A stretch of 62,512 bases of DNA, filler included, from Choristocarpus tenellus KU-1152 (GCA_964200185.2; 8 parts of 8 records of this genome joined end to end with filler, not necessarily neighbours in it); one strand, 5' to 3'; positions 13,429-26,270 are shown, numbered from the whole stretch's first letter. Notes: generated from the sequence alone by a model not told the origin. Program-made: numbers and translations.

Positions 13429-15828
13429 ATGGTGAGGGCAATTGTAACTCTCGTACTTTTTGCTCTCCTTGCCCTCGCTTTCCCGGTTTCCCATGGGAAA
13501 GTGTGGCAAGGTTCCGTTCGACTGTCACCTAGGCGACCCTTTTCGTACATCACCAGCTTTACGTACGACACAGGAAAGGGAAAGGTGATGTGCTTCTCTC
13601 TGGTTGGGTGCACCTTCTACCAACACCAGATTAATGTGATGTCGGAAGGGTCAGAAGCTGGAATGATTCATCCCACGTTGGTTTTCTTCCACTTTTAAGC
13701 ATCTTGTCTTTCTTCTCATCGCTCCTGTGGCAAACTTGACCTGGCTACTGGAACGACTCCCCATTGAATCAACCACATCAACGGTGCTTTTTGAGGTTCT
13801 AATTCATATTGACGACCCGCAGTATCCTAGAGGGAGGGCTAGGCATCTATTCAGAGCCTATGTGACCATGTAGTTAAATTCATGTCATTTGAATGAACAA
13901 GTCAGATGCAAAGGCAATTTCCTTCATCTGAGCGCACGTTCCTTTTCTATACCCCTACCTACACCAAATTTGAAGGAAAATCACCCTCGCACTGGGCATC
14001 AAACTGGGGTATTTTACAACAAATTATCAAGCCCCTAATGGACAAACTGGGCAATACACACATTCCTTTAGGACACCATGCACCTGACGTAACCGCTCCT
14101 CTCCAGGTCGAGGTTTCCATAGATGATGAGTATATTAAGAACGCTCCATCTGGTACCAAGGTACTTGCGGTACTTGACGAGGACTGGTCTACTTTTTTGT
14201 CGGAGGATGACTGTGAGGCAAGGGAAAGATTAAACCGCTGGGAAGTTACTCTGGAACCTGGAAAGACTATATTCAAGACCAGCATCTCTCAGGTATGGTG
14301 TGCAAAAGCCTCGACCAGTGCGATTGGGAAGACTCGATTTTAGCAACTAGTGATACGAAGCAAAGTTATAGTGACTGTAAGCGTCTAGGCCATCCACGAC
14401 TAAACCTCAATCTTTGCATCCTAATCTTTCTGCAAAGTAACCCAAATACAAATCCCACCTATATTTTGGGGGGTTGCTCTTGTGTGCTCCTGGACAGTCC
14501 ATACGGCCACACGTCTGGTACCTTGTCCTCTCGTTTTGCAATAGACCTGGGAGCGGGGTTGCCAAGATGTTTAAGAAGGCCAGGGTGAAGGTGAGTTAAC
14601 AGAATGGAGGGGAAGACTGGTATTGCTCTCTGTAAGATTGGAGACTCAATAGTTGGTGCTGGTCCTCTTTCCCACCTGGTTAGGCTCTGTGCTGTGCCTG
14701 TTGCCAGCATTAAACACGGGAAGGTCTTTGTTAACAAATTCACAGGAGAACTGTGATGCAAGTATCGCAATAATATCATACACAGTTTTGTATTCCTTTG
14801 TTACTAGCGGTGTCTCCCCCCTGGCAACGTCTGCATGTAAAGGTTTACGCACCATGCTTCAAAAGAGTCATATTGTACTCTTTGATTAAGATATTGAGTC
14901 ACTTCTAGCAAAGAGTGAAGTATATTTCTTCTTTACGTTGGTGATCAGAAGACACTTTTTCCAAGGTTATTGTATATGCAGTAGTACAGCAGTACTGTTT
15001 AACACTTCTGCCCCATGTCTCTCTACCACTATCACGTCCTTGCCACACTATTCCTTCATCCCTTCTTCGCAATTTAGCACTCCCCTCAACTAGTGTTGAA
15101 TTAAGTGATCTCTCCCCCACCTCTCCTCTTTGTTGTCAGCTCACTGCAACGTTCCTGCAGGATTCATCCTATGGGAACAGGGATCAGTTTTCATATGAGG
15201 ATATGCTTCCAGCACGCCTCATCCCTTTGCTCCTCTTTGTATTCACAGTGGCAGCAGCCTTTATAGGCAAGCTATTCATGCAGCGTAGGAAAGAGAGTGA
15301 TGGTGCCCATCCCACTCTATGGATGGTTATGAGTGCCCTGTCGATGCATTGGGTGTTCCTGGCAGTACACACACTCCATCTCAGGGCATATGCTGGTGAG
15401 TTTTGATCATATCCTACCCCCTTGCCTTTTGTGGCATTGGGATTGAGGTCAGAAGCATAAACATAGGCATACACACCTTTTCCAAAGTATATTCGATATT
15501 TTAGGCTGAAGGTCATGTTGTCCAAGTGGTGAGGTTCGCTATTAGGTGTAAATGTGCTTGTCTTGAGGATATTTTCCGTCAGCACTATAGAGCGATAGAG
15601 GCGTTTTTGATGCAGTTACCAAGTTTGTTGCCTATTGCTATGATGTACCTGTGAAACGTCCTTGTGATCCGGGCTGCAGAGAATGGGGAAGGTCTCCGCC
15701 TGCTGGATGTAGTGGGTGAAATACTGCATATTGGAGGGCAGCTCCTGGTGTCTTATGTCTTGGTTGGCCTGGCATATGGGTGGACTCTCTCATCAGAGGC
15801 GGTGCAAAAGTATATTCCTGATGACAAG
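13429..15828 (+). CDS. GPR180/TMEM145-like (intimal thickness-related receptor family) membrane protein, 5' part; truncated by contig end
   Basis: Exons 13429-13584, 14107-14292, 14498-14590, 15140-15395, 15680-15828, all GT-AG and phase-consistent. Signal peptide MVRAIVTLVLFALLALAFPVSHG; family-type motifs RPHVWYLVLSFC, QFSYED before TM1, HLRAYAENGEG, LAYGWTL. Confidence 0.8.
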
Positions 15829-16228
15829 GTATGTGCAGGATTTATTGCTTTTTTGATTGGGTTGTTGGTGGGAATTCGTAAAAGGTCTCATTTTAGCGAT
15901 ATGATACATTCATATTCTTTGCTTTAGAAGAGGGGAATGGGAAGAGGGACAACCCAGTTGAAATAGAAGAGAGGGATCGATTGTGACAGTGGTGTTGGAG
16001 TGTACAGGAAATAAGATGTGGAGGGGGAGGGGAGAGAGAGTATGCATACTGATTGTAAGAACTGTTGGTGACCATCACTCTCTTGCTGCTGTGCTTGCAG
16101 CAAGGCGTTCAAGTTCCTGTATAATGAAAGCACTTGCTGTAACTCTAGGGGGTGACCTACATTCTATCCCAACGTCTTTTTGAAACACAGTTTTTGTTGA
16201 CTTTTGCGATTACAGGTCAAAGTATTTG

Positions 16229-16328
16229 NNNNNNNNNNNNNNNNNNNNNNNNNNNNNNNNNNNNNNNNNNNNTTAATTAATTAANNNNNNNNNNNNNNNN
16301 NNNNNNNNNNNNNNNNNNNNNNNNNNNN
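16229..16328. other. Artificial contig linker
   Basis: 44 N + TTAATTAATTAA (stops in all six frames) + 44 N. Confidence 0.98.
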
Positions 16329-16423
16329 GGGGGAGTAGACCTAGTATGCAGGATATGATGAAAATGATGGGGGGGGGTGGGATGCCACCAATGCCACCAG
16401 GAGCAAGGGGAGGACGGCCGTAG
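16329..16423 (+). CDS. Terminal exon fragment, Met/Gly/Pro-rich C-terminus (SRP54-tail-like, uncertain)
   Basis: Reads ...GSRPSMQDMMKMMGGGGMPPMPPGARGGRP* from the contig start, followed by UTR-like sequence. Identity rests on composition only. Confidence 0.35.
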
Positions 16424-19400
16424 CATGTGTGGGAGAGGGGTTAGGTTGCCCTTTAATCTTTCTAAAACTTGTTTATAGTGTGTTTATTATTACAGAGTAT
16501 CTGCTATTATTAAAAAGAGGCTTGCATTGCTGCTGCCCCAGTGTTTTTGCCTCGTGTAGAAGCAAGATTATTGTTGAATGTCGTGAGTATCAACTTGGGT
16601 TATTTTTCTGACAAGCTTGACTAGACGATCTTTGCTACAGCTGAGTCTGACTGATGCTGTTCGCTTGAATGCAATTAGCACATTTGAGAATCGAGCTGTC
16701 TGAACTAGAGGGATAATGCACAGTCTCTGAAGCACTGTGTGGGTGTACCATTGTGGTCAAGGTCCCATTGCAATGGTAGCTCATTAATCTTGACTGTCAA
16801 ACATTTCCTTCTGCCTTAACCTCTCTGTCACCTGAAGCTCTACTTTACCAACCTCTGCTACCTTCAAGTAGATGTGGGCATCATTCTATTTCATCACACC
16901 CTGCAACTAGAGGGCAGCAGACTCTGTCCCGTCCATAAGTACATATACTACAAAGATTACCACAAAAACCTCTACCCTCTTCCTTGGAGTATTCCTTCAC
17001 ATCCATTATACTCCTCTACTACTCACCCTCTACCATTTCCACCCTCGCCAGATATTGATAACTTATAACCAAGAACTATAGGGCTCGAAGTTGTCAAAAA
17101 TCTATCAAATTTACCATATTGTTTTCCTGTTAGCTTACTCGATGGTGTGTATCCAGCCGTTCACTCACAAACATCTTCAGTCAACACACCTATATACAAT
17201 AACCACTTGAGAGGTAAGCAGGTTTGGACCATTTTACAATGTGACACCCTTGTCATCCTGTGCAATACATTCTATTTCTATTGCTTTATGTGCAAAATAG
17301 TGAATGCAAAATTGATATTCCCCCTTTCCACACACAAAGTGACACCACAATTATGCAAAGGCTCTTTCTGCATTTGAACAATATATATATGCCCTTTCTC
17401 AGGATCCTTCAAATGCAACCCTTCTCACCTCTTAGTAGGTTTGACTCATACACATGAGTTGAGTGGTGATGAAGATTCTCAAAGTCATTCACATCCAGAG
17501 GACTGCGATCTTTACTGCAGGGACTGGTGGATGAGGGGAATAAACATGTATGAGTAGTTACGTCCAAACAAGACAATCTGGCCTTCAATCACACACACAC
17601 ATACACACATGATGCTTAAGGGAATATGGATAGTAGGGCCAACAATGCCCAGAGGAATTGGATATTTTGAGTCGGATGGATGAGAATATATGGTACGGTC
17701 CTGAAAAATATTACTATGGAAAAAGAATGGGAATTTGATTGAAACTGTAATAGGGTCTCAAATACTAAATTGTCTGCATTTGCAAAATGAATGATAGAGA
17801 TACTGATTTGCCTGGAATGAGTCGGGCGGTGTTGCCACATATATTGCTTCTGCTCAAGAATTCTGGATTGGACCTTGCAAATTCAAGACAAATCGTTGTC
17901 ACACACTCCCACCAGTCTCAAACCCGAAATCTGTCCTGTTGTCTTCGATCCTCCTCCACTTTATTGTTTCGTAGGGCCTCGGTCCTGATGAGAGTCTTAC
18001 TGGTTCCTATCATCTTAATTTCTTCCCCATCCTGTTCCTTCTCCTTGCTGTCTCACCCTTTGCCCTCCATCCCCATGAACGCCATTTCATCCAACATTGA
18101 ACCTGCCCCTTCAGCGCCATCGTGAAAATAGACCAAAAAAGGCCATAGACTCCCATCTCCTCAACCTCTATATCTCGATCGTGGACACCCTCTCTGGACC
18201 CCCCAGATCTGTTCACCCCTATTATCCCCATCTTGGGTCTCCTTCCGCAAGAGGTCTGTCCTCTGTTGAAAGAGGCTACTCCTCTGTTTTTACTTGATAG
18301 GTACAGTTTCACCAGTCAACATTGAGTTTTCATTGGTCTCTTACACACTGGTCGTTACTGTCACTAGTTCATCATCACCATATCTATTTCCGTCGGAACA
18401 CCGTGTACAGAACAACGCTCTGGATTCCACACACAGGCACAGTATGCGTCACTTAAGTTGCATCACATGTTGATTCAAGTTTGTTCTCTTCTCTTGTTTG
18501 TCCTTCTTTTGCCTTTTCTCTCTTTCTTATCAGCAGAAGAGGACAGTTGTACATTAATTGTTTATTATTTCTTTCTGTCCTTGATCCCTCATAATGAACC
18601 AAGCTCACTCTGCAATAAGTGTACCTGATGCACATCTCGATGTAATATATTCAGAGTTGAAACCATCCACAGAAACCCTTGCCAGTCAAGGTAACAAGCC
18701 TCTCCACAGAGCATGGACTTCTTTCGTTGAGTATCTCATGAAAAAACACTAACTCACATCACATCATTCTGGACTGAGCGACCAAGAATACTGAATTCAT
18801 ATCTCATCATTCTTGACTGAGCGATCAATGACCTCAGTTACAACAGAATAAATACATCGGTGCTTTGCAGCACAATCACATTTATTCGCAACACAGACTA
18901 CGCATTTTACTCATCGATCCTTTGCAACACCATGATTCCTCATCGCTCGTAGTCTACGCATTTTGCTCACAGGTACGATGCATTCAATTCAGGTTTCAAC
19001 ATCCTGATGCATAATCACAATTACCTGTACTGCGACGACAATGCCTATACAATTCAAAAAATTGATAGAGATACGTGGCAAGGCTACACCTCTTATTTAA
19101 TCCACACTGAGATCTCTTGATGGATCACACCTCCACCACACTCCCTACTCAAGACAATATCCCCTGATGGCCTCAGGACTTGTTTCAGACCACCAATGAC
19201 TTGTGACTCTACTGGGGATACAGGTGTACAACAGCACTGACATTGATTGCTCTGTTATCTGCAGTTCGTGCTGGACTGCTCACTTCCACCAATTGACGTC
19301 CCCGTGGAACTCTGGTTTACATCATGCTTCATGAATTCCACGTTGATCCTTAGACCACTCTGCCGCTTTAGTGTGTAAGCTGCAGAGCTTCAACAAACGA

Positions 19401-19599
19401 CAAAGTAACACGACGCTGGCACCACACACATCATGTTCTAGCACTTATCTGCAAGTACCATGATATCTTTGACTGCAGCTACCTTTCGTTCTGGTGGCCA
19501 TATAGCGCATTGTATGGGTATTTTAATCTTACCAAAGCACGCCGGCCACAACATCTCAGTCTGTAAGCATTTCTTTTTCAAGGATATAAAGTTTTCTCC

Positions 19600-20110
19600 C
19601 CAGGTTCTGCAGGCCCAAATAGACGGATATGGTCAGAGGTAATGGACTGTTATGCTAGCAAGCTCCTCTTCTCATCTTAGGTCAAAGAAAAACGGCATCT
19701 TGACCGTGAGGGAATCATCCACATACACCCTTGTCACCCCAAATCGTTCAACATCCCTTGTTTTGTTTGGAGACATCGCTACACTACAGGGTGCCGAAAC
19801 CGTATCTCCTTCCCACCTCTGCTGAATCCGCACATAAATATGCCACCATCTGCTTACCTTCTTCGACAATCTGTACATTTTTTTGAGAAGTGCTGCGAAG
19901 TGAGAGTTATTTTTCTGGCCCTAGGACCCCCGACCAACCCAGGAAACTTCGCCACTTGAATGGAAGGCAGTAGTCTACCATGACGTACTGTCCGATTGTA
20001 TAGTGTTAGGCTTGTGCCTGCTCTGGATCTACTCCCATATTTCGAAAGGTCATCGACACATAGCACCTTAGTAATGGCAATACAAGTGTTCAGGTAGGTA
20101 GTGAAGGCGA
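19600..20110 (-). mobile_element. Decayed DIRS-like (tyrosine-recombinase retrotransposon) reverse transcriptase fragment
   Basis: Minus frames read VSMTFRNMGVDPEQAQA*HYTIGQYVMVDYCLPFKWRS (cf. DV.DAFR.V.VDP..A..F.Y.VG..VV.D.RL.FGW) and downstream RVYVDDSL (YxDD motif); contains stops and frameshifts. Confidence 0.6.
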
Positions 20111-21526
20111 AAAAAAACAAATCAAAGTCATCAGGAACGAAAGTGAGCCTCACCACGCAATACAGGCCATACTACATCGAAGTTGGTCATGGTATTGATA
20201 CTTTCCATTGTTAAGCTGTCCTTGACGATCTGTTGTCCCACACAACTAGTTATATTATTGTTTAGTAGCTTGTATCACAGTTAAGAGAGTGAGACACCAT
20301 CACTAGATGGGGCTCACCAAACCTTACAGTGAATGACTCAGAATACCAAATGACTCAACAGTTCTCTAGTATACGTCAGACACACTCTGACTCTAACATT
20401 CCGCCAAATACTTCTGGTCAAATACCTCGCCTAAATATCCTTAATATCCTGCAACATCGTCTGTGCGTACATAAAACATTCGAATCATATTCTCACAAAT
20501 GGCCAAGCACAATCTTGACACCCTTTTCATTGGGTATGCCTGTCAACCCCAAGAAGAGTAATCGTTAGTGATCTGTATCTTTCACTTCGCCACAATTCCC
20601 GATGATACCTTCAATTTCAGGTGTTACTGATCATTCCACAATCAAACCCCATTTTCTCTCTGCATACCCCAAAACCCTCCAACTCACCAACTTTGAGTGC
20701 AAACTGACTACCCCACTCATCTCCGTGCCCCCCAGACACCCTTTATCTCTATGTCCACCAGTACCCCCCTTGTATCTGTTTGATAAAATCATCATCCCTC
20801 TAATCTCTGCACACTCCAACATCCTTCAAATGATCTCTTCGCACAACATCATCACCCAACTCCATGTCTGCTCACCACAGCATCACAGTAGAAGGAAACA
20901 TAGAAGTGATGGAGTTGGTGGAAAAGTATAGCTGTGAAAGAAAGTGGATGGCATGTAAAGTATAAAATACATACCTTCAACGGATATGTGCATATGAGCT
21001 GTATACGATACCGATTTGCTGATCCCCCCAATATCTGATTCGTGGGAATCTACAACTTATTCTCAAACTGACGTGCCGCCGATTTTTTGGCAATATTTTA
21101 CTTCCCAGATTATCACCCCACTTATATCTCTGTGTGGGAATTATCACCAACCCGTTCATGTCTGTGTGCACTAACATCCCCAAATTGATTAGTCTCTGTT
21201 CACACAATCACTATTCCACCCATCTTTGCACGTAACCTCATCATCACACTCGTCTCTGTGCCCTCCGTCACGATCCCACTCATCTCTCTACACATCAACA
21301 CCTCACTCCTCCCTGCATGCACCTAAACGTTCACACCCTCAAATGTGCTCAGCGAAATATAGTCACCCCTCATTTCATCTTATTAATCTCCAGGACTTCT
21401 CAACTCCTCTTTGTTCTTAATTTTCCCAAACCTTTCTGTACCCAAGAATGGTGATCGATTAGCGGCAGGCAACTTCAGATCAGGGGGGTACTCCCCAGGA
21501 GGATAATGTTGAAACCTTGGATTGAA

Positions 21527-21786
21527 GAGCCCAATTATCTTAAAGGGTAGAGCCGCGTCCATTTGGGGGACAAAATCCAATGTTACGATTTGGATGTAAT
21601 TTTGGCTATTGTGTTTGTTAGGAAGTGCCATATCCATGTTCTGGACACACCTTTTCATAATATATACAATTAACCTACTCCTAAATATTTTGGAGTAGGA
21701 AAAAATGTCATAAAAGATTCCATGGGAAGCCAAGCCCCAAATGGACAAACAGGGCAAAATTCGTACCCTCTAAGATACATTCACTC
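21527..21786 (-). mobile_element. MITE family A copy
   Basis: GAGCCCAATTATCTTAAAGGGTAG ... CCCTCTAAGATACATTCACTC, 260 bp, flanked by 4-bp TSD tgaa/tgaa. Confidence 0.85.
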
Positions 21787-22479
21787 TGAATTGATCGTGT
21801 TCTTTAGTACAGGGACAGTTCGTTTGGATTGAAGGAGGTGTCATAGTGCGGTGAAGCACTTATGAATTCATGTTGATGAACCTTGAGACATACTCTGCAC
21901 AGTCATAGGTTAAATGGTACAGTGTAATGGGGTGTTCCATGGTGGGTGCATTCAAAGGAAGAGATATATGCTCTGCGTAAAGGCTTGTCGCCTTGTGGAG
22001 GAGTTTACGGGTGCTTTATCTCTGAACATGTATCATCCATTTGTGCATCTGGCACACTTAGTGGAGAGTGAGGTTGGTGTGTGTTAAGAATATGCTTTTT
22101 ATTCAATTGTAAAATATGATTCTTTGGGAGAAACATTGAGTTGTTATTAGATAACGGGAAAATTGATAGTAATGCTTTTTGTCAGATGACAACGGAAATA
22201 TTGTCTGGGTTATTATAGTACAACAAGAAGAATCCTTGAAAAGGAAGGTTGTAGCAAGTAACATAGCAAGTAATCATGGATTGAGTGACGTGTTATTAGA
22301 ATATGTGAATCGTAAGGTGATGGCCCTCTTTGAGCTTTGAAGCTCACTCTCCTTTCTTNNNNNNNNNNTACTTCATGTACAACCTGTGCTGCATAATAAG
22401 GAATTAATTGAGTTATTTACATACACAAGTCTTGGGAACACCAATTTCTTTAACATGCTAGCTAGCACGACTTATTGAA

Positions 22480-23620
22480 TTGTGCTAAGTTCTCAAGGCT
22501 AGCGTTAAGTCGATTTGAGGGGGAGTCCCGATGGAGGAGGCCGTCGGTTACAGAAGACATACTTCGAGAAGAGCGGAGTATGGAGACGCTACACCTGCAA
22601 CACCAGTTGAAGAAGGTGGAGAGGTGGTCCAGTCTGAGGTTGAAGAAGACAGAGGGGCGGTTAGCAGAACCGCACAACAGGGGGCACCAACGGGCCAAAG
22701 ATTAAAACGACTGATTCCGTTGCCATCGATGTTCAAGGTCTACAGTGGTGATGATGATGGTGATGGATTTGCCATGTTTGAGCGAAAATTTCTTTCGTGT
22801 GCTGCCATGGGGGGCTGGAAGGATACACGCTGTTATCTGATTATCACGTCAGAGTCAGCAGCGATTACTTTGACGCGTCAAGATGATTTGAACTTGAAAT
22901 AGACAAGGCTAGTATGGCGATAGCTGCTCTGGTGATGGCTTTGGATGGGTTCGCGGAAAAAGTGGCAAGCAACGATGACAGTCCTTCCGAAGCTTTCCAA
23001 GCTTTAAGGAACTACTTTAGGAGAAGTGGTATCACCAAAAGGGCCAACACCCGATCGAGTAATGGGACTGTTGGTTTTCAGAAGGATCGGCAGCCAAGAC
23101 GTGTGGAGTGCTGGCAGTGTGGAGGACCACACTTTCAATCTTCTTGTCCCACCGTTGTATTGTTCCGTTATACAGGTTCTTGTTATGTCTGTGGATCCAA
23201 AGGACACAAGGCTTACAGTTGTCCCAAACGCGCTGGTGGATTGGGAGAATCGGGTCAACGATTGTCTGGACAAGATTCCCGAAGGAAGAAGAAGAATAGT
23301 AAAGGGAAGGGGAGTGGCAATGCAAGCAACACTGGTGAAGCTGGTGATGGTGAATAGAAAGCAAATGATACACCAGTTCAGCTTGAGGATTCTCATCGGT
23401 GAGCAATGATGGAAGTATTGTGGAAGTGGATGAACTTTGGTTCTTTGACAGTGGGTGTTCGGTTCATATGACAAATAATCCTACTGCTCTGATAGATCCA
23501 AAACCTGCGGTAGGGAAATCGGTGACTGTTGGGGATGGAAAGGTTCTACAAGTTTCAGCCATAGGTAATTTGTCACTATCTTGTGTATAGAATGGGGTCA
23601 AAAGTGTTTTCGCTATCTAT
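22480..23620 (+). mobile_element. Decayed Ty1/Copia gag-protease fragment
   Basis: Two zinc knuckles (CWQCGGPHFQSSC, CYVCGSKGHKAYSC) followed by the Copia protease motif WFFDSGCSVHMT...VTVGDGKVL...G; interrupted by stops and frameshifts. Confidence 0.85.
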
Positions 23621-23674
23621 TTCAAAGTAGCGAAAGGGAATGAATAATAAACAAATTCCATATATAATCCGGAT

Positions 23675-23774
23675 NNNNNNNNNNNNNNNNNNNNNNNNNN
23701 NNNNNNNNNNNNNNNNNNTTAATTAATTAANNNNNNNNNNNNNNNNNNNNNNNNNNNNNNNNNNNNNNNNNNNN
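23675..23774. other. Artificial contig linker
   Basis: 44 N + TTAATTAATTAA + 44 N. Confidence 0.98.
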
Positions 23775-23956
23775 GTTGTGTTGGGGGGGGGGGGGGGGGG
23801 GGGGTCTACACCTGGGTGTCCATTTTGGGCTATAACCAGGAAAATTGCACCTACATTATACATCCGATGTATGCAACCAAATTACATAAAAGTCGTGACA
23901 TGAAATAATTGACCCGAAATGGACAGCTGCCACACCCCCCCCAGATACTTTGAGCC
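23775..23956 (+). mobile_element. MITE family B copy (left end lost at contig start)
   Basis: G-run, GGTCTACACC, CATCCGATGTATGCAACCAAAT, AAATGGACAGC, ends CCCAGATACTTTGAGCC. Confidence 0.8.
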
Positions 23957-24039
23957 AGGTTGAGAGAAGGTGCTGGACGGATCAGACCGTTCAAACTGCC
24001 TTATGGAAATGAGGGCAGCGATTTAGAACCCATTTTTTT

Positions 24040-24598
24040 GCGGACGTCTTCGCTTCTCCCAGAAAGGGCGGATACGCGGAAAATGCAACGCCATCTACTC
24101 GTTTGGTAAATGAGGATGACGACGAAAGGTCTGTGCATGGTGATGACGATTGCGTCACACAGGACACGGCCGACTCTGGCGATTAATCCAATGTGGGGAT
24201 CACCGAAGCCTTCATGGAGGCATGCGTTACCGAACCCCTACGATCAGCAACAAAACCCGCTTCGTCGCAGTACCGAGTACAGACTCAAATCCTCACCAAA
24301 GTCATATACCACCATGGGTTCAGGCTCATCAAGGCCGGTAGAGCGGCCAAAACCTTGGTATTCAGGGATGACTGCTACGTCCATGAGCCCACACAGGTTG
24401 AACTCGGCGATTGTGGAGGGAAGCCCAGCAGCACGTTGCGTCCCTAGCATGTGGAAGCACTCCATGAAAGGAAGGCCATCTTCATGAGCCTCGTGCAGCT
24501 CGAACCGTGGAATGACAGGTACTCCACGCGCCTAAATCTATGGCACCTTCTTGTCAAGGCATACCCGAAGCTTGTAGAAGTGGTGGGAGAAGGGTGAG
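24040..24598 (+). pseudogene. Decayed intronless coding-like segment of unknown origin
   Basis: One frame runs for about 185 codons (FADVFASP...GITEAFMEACVTEPL...LVKAYPKLVEVVGEG*) with two in-frame stops; CpG-rich; no family recognised. Confidence 0.3.
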
Positions 24599-24708
24599 GA
24601 ATGCCATTTCGAGTCCGCCCACCAATTGAAATAGGGCTTCAGTCGTTTCAGTTTTTGGTTAAGTACGGATCGAGTTACTTGTGTCTGATTCGTGCATCAG
24701 TGTACCTT

Positions 24709-24878
24709 TATCTGGGAGGGGGTAGTGGCTGTCCATTTGGTGTCTATTTTTTCTTGTCGCGTTTTTTGTGCGATTTGGTTGCATACGTCGGATGGATAAT
24801 GTACATGCACCTTTCCTGATTTTGGTCAAATGGATACCCTGGTGTAGATCCCTCCCCCCCCCCCAGATACTTTAGGTC
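24709..24878 (-). mobile_element. MITE family B copy (one end eroded)
   Basis: Reverse complement of the family B core (TGCATACGTCGGATGGATAATGTA...GGTGTAGATCC); ends CCCAGATACTTTAGGTC. Confidence 0.8.
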
Positions 24879-25149
24879 CAAACGAGGGCTGATCTCGTCC
24901 TCCTTCAAATCTTGGAGGATCATGTACCGAAGTCCACGTCCAATGCTCCTAAGCACAACACCAACCCTGAGCCTACCCCAAACACGTGCCATGAACTCGA
25001 CGAATGGCCTGGATCGCCACCCTCATACACCGACACTAACCATAACCTTACCCTAACACTTACAATGAGTCCATCTGCATCCCGTCCAACCTAAATAGAC
25101 AAGCGTCTTACCTGAATTACGTACCAGTGCCGTCATTGACCCTACTTAC

Positions 25150-25666
25150 GAGTGAAAGTATCTTAGAGGGATTGATTTTTGCCCTGTTTGAGCCAAAATA
25201 TCTTAGAGGTTAGAGTCGCGTCCATTTGGGGGGTAAAATCCAATGTTGCGATTTTGAGATAATTTTGGTTATTGTGTTTGTTAGGAAGTGTCAATATCGT
25301 TGTTCCAGACACACCATATCATAACGTACACATTTTACCTACTCTGAAACATTTAGGAGTAGGAAATATCATAAAAAAAACTCATGGGAAGCCAAGCCTC
25401 AAATGGACAAATAGGGCAAAATTCGTACCCACTAAGATACTTTCACTCTTTGTCCATTTGGGGCTTCTCTTCCCATGGATTCTTTACTGACATTTTCTTA
25501 ATCCAAAATGTTTAAAAGTAGGTAAAATGTATACTTTATGAAAAGGTGTGTCCGAAACATAATGACACTTCCTAACAAACATGATAGCTAAAATTACATC
25601 AAAATCGCAACATTGGATTTTGGCCACCAAAAGGACGCGGCTCTACCCTCTAAGATACTTCGGCTC
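25150..25666 (+). mobile_element. MITE family A copy interrupted by a nested family A copy
   Basis: GAGTGAAAGTATCTTAGAGGG...CCCTCTAAGATACTTCGGCTC with TSD ttac/ttac; split at 25189/25449. Confidence 0.85.
25190..25448 (-). mobile_element. Nested MITE family A copy (opposite orientation)
   Basis: GAGCCAAAATATCTTAGAGG...CCACTAAGATACTTTCACTC; host sequence gccctg-ttt-gtcc is duplicated as ttt[element]ttt. Confidence 0.85.
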
Positions 25667-25907
25667 TTACGCCAAACCAACCCTAGCCCATCAGGATTAA
25701 TTCAACCCACTAACCCTAACCCAGAATCAAGGGAAGTATATCTTAAGATACTTCCAGCGAAACGTACGACAATAGACCTTGACCAATAACCCTTTGCAAC
25801 CACATCCAGAACCCGTCGACACATGATATCAAAGAAACACTATACTAACCCGAAAGCAAAACCTGACCCTTTTCCCTTCCTTCATGCCAACAACTTTAAC
25901 CCTAACA

Positions 25908-26270
25908 CCCTGAGCGACAACCCCGTTTGTGTACATACTAAATCCGACGCATGCAAGCAAATAAACGAAATACTACATTTAAAACAGTCCATGAAATGTT
26001 TTTTAATTCCTCGTGCACACAGGCCCTAACTGACAGTCATCTTTGTGTACATACCAGACACGACTCATGCAAGCAAAAAAACGAAAAAACTAACCTCTCG
26101 AGACAGTCCATGGTCTTTTTTTCAATTCATCATGCTAATACTGGGATAACACACCCTAACCGACAGCCCTCTTTATGTGCTAACCAAATCCCACCCATGC
26201 AACCAAACAAACCAATAACTAGCCCTGAACAACCAACGGCATATCTCTCATTATTTATCCTAACTATACG
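25908..26270 (+). repeat. Degenerate tandem repeat, about 3 x 115-130 bp
   Basis: Units begin ccctgagcgacaa / ccctaactgacag / ccctaaccgacag and share tttgtgtacata..catgcaagcaaa..acagtccatg. Confidence 0.6.
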
